From Bacteroidetes/Chlorobi group bacterium ChocPot_Mid (lineage in GTDB: Bacteria; Bacteroidota; Ignavibacteria; Kapaibacteriales; UBA2268): a DNA stretch of 36,435 nucleotides. The stretch spans positions 1 to 36,435 of the forward strand of contig RCNQ01000060.1 in NCBI GenBank assembly GCA_003731675.1, read 5' to 3'. Positions 34,060 to 36,435 of the stretch are shown here, piece by piece (position 1 is the stretch's first letter; every line of letters begins with the position of its first letter). The position numbers and the translations under genes were made by a program. A model generated the notes under the pieces. That model was given only the letters and a program-made list of their open reading frames with translations. It made no database searches and had not been told where the DNA came from.

Positions 34060-34848
34060 ATGGAAATTAATTTAAATAATAGAACTGCTTTGGTATGCGG
34101 GAGCAGTCAGGGTATCGGTAAGGCGATTGCATTTCAATTTGCGAAAGTTGGTGCAAATGTAATTATGGTAGCAAGAAATGAAGATTTGCTGAGGGAAAAT
34201 TTAAGGTTACTTACAAACAACGGTTCACAAAATCATTCATTTGTCAGAGTGGATTTTTCTGAACCTGAAAGAACTGTTGGGAAAATTGAGGAACTTGTTG
34301 TTATGAATGGGCATATTGATATTTTAATTAATAACAGTGGAGGACCTGCACCAGGTAAAATCGGCGATGCTAAAATTGAGAGTTTAAGAGATGCATTCAA
34401 TCAGCATATAATTACTTCACAGATGATTGCCCAAAAATTGATACCTGGTATGATTTCCAATAAGTTCGGGAGAATAATTAATATTGTCTCAATTGGAGCA
34501 AAGCAACCTATTGAAAATTTGGGAGTATCTAATGTAATTCGAGGAGCAATGGCAAGTTGGGCAAAAACATTATCACGAGAATTAGCTCCATTTGGAATAA
34601 CGGTAAATAACATATTACCGGGTTACACCTTAACAGAAAGATTAACATACCTTTTTCAAACGAGAGCAAAGCAACAAGGGAAAAGTTTCGAAGAAATATC
34701 TGATGTAATAAAAGCCAGTATTCCTGCTGGAAAGTTTGCTGAACCTGAGGAATTAGCTTATGCCGCATGTTTTCTTGCTTCTGATTATGCGTCTTATATA
34801 ACAGGAATTAATTTACCGGTTGATGGTGGCTTTTTGAGTTGTCTTTGA
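34060..34848 (+). CDS. SDR-family oxidoreductase of the BKR-like subgroup lacking the canonical YxxxK
   Basis: ALVCGSSQGIGKAIA (cofactor loop), NNSGG, NIVSIG. SNVIR stands where YxxxK is expected. The C-terminal ITGINLPVDGG is typical of SDRs. Confidence 0.8.
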   Translation: MEINLNNRTALVCGSSQGIGKAIAFQFAKVGANVIMVARNEDLLRENLRLLTNNGSQNHSFVRVDFSEPERTVGKIEELVVMNGHIDILINNSGGPAPGKIGDAKIESLRDAFNQHIITSQMIAQKLIPGMISNKFGRIINIVSIGAKQPIENLGVSNVIRGAMASWAKTLSRELAPFGITVNNILPGYTLTERLTYLFQTRAKQQGKSFEEISDVIKASIPAGKFAEPEELAYAACFLASDYASYITGINLPVDGGFLSCL

Positions 34849-35061
34849 ACTAAGAAAATTTTAGAAAAACATTATTCTATTATTATATTGTACTTAGTTT
34901 ATAAAGCTGAGAAAAAAATATAATATGAGAAAATATTCATTTTTTTCTTGTTTTAATTAAATTTTTCAAGTATTTTGCAATCAAATATTTAGATTTTTTT
35001 GATAAATATTAAAAAAATATTTTGAAATTAGCTAAAAGTTTTGCATTTTTGGATTTAGACG

Positions 35062-35087
35062 ATTCTCTTAAGCAGCATTAAGAGAAT
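35062..35087. other. Perfect 10-bp stem / 6-nt loop hairpin in the long ftsQ upstream region
   Basis: ATTCTCTTAA (35062-35071), gcagca, TTAAGAGAAT (35078-35087). No T-run follows, so it is not a classic terminator. Confidence 0.6.
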
Positions 35088-35287
35088 TAGGGACGAGAAA
35101 AAATTCATTTTTTAAGAATAAACTTAATATGAATTTAGCATTTTTTTTAATTAAATAATATTAAATTTATCTCTGCACATGCAAAAAATGTGTGGTGGAA
35201 AGAGATTTTGTATAATTAGAAGTGTGAATGAGCAGCACGTTTGCACATTATTTTGTCTTTTAAATTATTCGAACAAAAAATAATTTG

Positions 35288-36097
35288 ATGCAGAGGGGAA
35301 TATTAAATAGAATTCTAAAGAGGATGTTCAGCAAGGAAAATCGCTTGTTTTTGTATCTGTTAATTATTATCCTTACAGTGCTTTTTATTTCTGCTTATGC
35401 AAATAAATGGTCATCAAAGCAATCCATACAAAGTTTCATCATTACGGGAAATAAGTTTATTCCGACGGAGGAATTGTTAGGAAATGTTGATTCGGCATTG
35501 ATAGATTGTAGTAGAGATGAACTCGAACTTTTGGATTTGAAGGATAAGATTGTGAAACATCCATTTGTTATGAGTTCTTTCGTCATGCAAAAAGGAGCTA
35601 ATTCAATTGAAATCGAAATTAATGAGAGGAAACCTGTTGCAATCTTAATTAAGAATGATGGGAGTTTATGTTACAGTGATTTTTTTGGGAATATACTACC
35701 ATACCGTCTTTCGTTGAAATTTTGCGGACTTCCTGTGCTGAGAAATTTTTTTGTTAATGGTATTTTAGATAGTGCGGGATTGAAAGATGCAATTGAAATT
35801 TTGAAGGAAATCCGGAAACCTGAATTTGCTAAAATATCCAGTATAATTTCTGAAATTGAATATCAAAAAGGTAGTTTTAATTTTATATCATCAGATTATT
35901 CTTATCCAATTATTTTTGGATGTGCTAATAATATAAAGGTAAAACTTGAAATACTTGATGATTTTTATAATAATGCATTTTTTGAATTAGATGCTAAAGA
36001 TATCAGATATGTTGATGTCAGATGGAACGAAAGAATAATTGTTCAGACAAATAGCGATTATTTAAATACATTGATACAAGCAAATGTGTTGCAGTAG
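35288..36097 (+). CDS. ftsQ: Cell division protein FtsQ (POTRA-containing)
   Basis: N-terminal TM helix (LFLYLLIIILTVLFISAYA), then a POTRA-like segment (IQSFIITGNKFIPTEELL ... VKHPFVMSSFVMQKGANSIEIEINERKPVAILI). It lies immediately upstream of ftsA. Confidence 0.8.
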   Translation: MQRGILNRILKRMFSKENRLFLYLLIIILTVLFISAYANKWSSKQSIQSFIITGNKFIPTEELLGNVDSALIDCSRDELELLDLKDKIVKHPFVMSSFVMQKGANSIEIEINERKPVAILIKNDGSLCYSDFFGNILPYRLSLKFCGLPVLRNFFVNGILDSAGLKDAIEILKEIRKPEFAKISSIISEIEYQKGSFNFISSDYSYPIIFGCANNIKVKLEILDDFYNNAFFELDAKDIRYVDVRWNERIIVQTNSDYLNTLIQANVLQ

Positions 36098-36141
36098 TTT
36101 TTAAATTAAGAAAGAAGTTTAAAAATAAATGGAAGTTAGTT

Positions 36142-36435
36142 ATGTTAGGTAAAAAGCAAACACCAAAGAACGGGACACAGGTTAAGCAACAGATTTCTGT
36201 TGGTCTTGATATAGGGACATCAAAAGTCTGTGCATTAGTAGCTTCACCTGGTGACCGCATCAATACTTTGAATATCTTAGGTATTGGTATAACCGACAGT
36301 GATGGCTTGAACAGAGGAGTTGTCGTTAATATCGAAAAAACAGTCAGAACCATTAAGAAAGCAATCGAACAGGCGGAGCAACAATCAGGTTGTGAAATAA
36401 AGGAAGTGATTGTAGGTATTGCAGGTGACCACGTT
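36142..36435 (+). CDS. ftsA: Cell division protein FtsA, N-terminal 98 codons (3' end runs off the window)
   Basis: My own translation from the ATG at 36142: MLGKKQTPKNGTQVKQQISVGLDIGTSKVCALVASPGDRINTLNILGIGITDSDGLNRGVVVNIEKTVRTIKKAIEQAEQQSGCEIKEVIVGIAGDHV. This carries the actin-like phosphate-1 motif and FtsA N-terminal signatures. It is absent from the ORF track because there is no stop in the window. Confidence 0.88.
   Translation, partial: MLGKKQTPKNGTQVKQQISVGLDIGTSKVCALVASPGDRINTLNILGIGITDSDGLNRGVVVNIEKTVRTIKKAIEQAEQQSGCEIKEVIVGIAGDHV

Noticed and set aside
1-36435. Prophage, genomic island or IS element boundaries
   Set aside because: I found no integrase, transposase or tRNA gene, and no long terminal inverted or direct repeats. 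Gene content is largely core, so no mobile element can be supported.

Overview
This is an AT-rich bacterial chromosomal segment, roughly one-third G+C by eye (not computed). Two proteins end in Por/T9SS-type C-terminal sorting domains. From that I infer an FCB-group organism (Ignavibacteria/Bacteroidota-like), but this is inference only. I can support 28 protein-coding genes. I saw no rRNA, tRNA, CRISPR array, transposase or integrase.

Most of the window is housekeeping: rpsF-rplI, recN, alr-scpA-scpB, pruA, a TrmH-type methyltransferase, pcrA/uvrD, glyQS, ftsQ-ftsA, an M50 protease and a DASS transporter.

Accessory content:
- the 3' part of an McrC-like restriction subunit at the left edge;
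- a 1102-aa secreted enzyme with GH26, GH26-like and SGNH esterase domains;
- a cydA with no cydB;
- a DUF2807-like protein and a PQQ-propeller lipoprotein;
- a three-gene operon at 27.5-30.1 kb.

The most unusual items:
1. The 27.5-30.1 kb operon. Its first two genes (204 and 250 aa) are tightly coupled, match no family I recognise, and have no signal peptide. The third gene encodes a T9SS-exported propeller-like protein. A 606-bp ORF-poor leader precedes the operon and carries a 14-bp purine-rich tandem repeat with reiterated AGGAG/GGA motifs.
2. An in-frame fusion of P5C dehydrogenase to a ~97-aa Lys/Ala/Pro histone-H1-like tail. The tail keeps its own SD plus ATG.
3. The orphan cytochrome bd subunit I.
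4. rpsF-rplI without rpsR.

All functional calls rest on motif recognition from memory; no searches were run.
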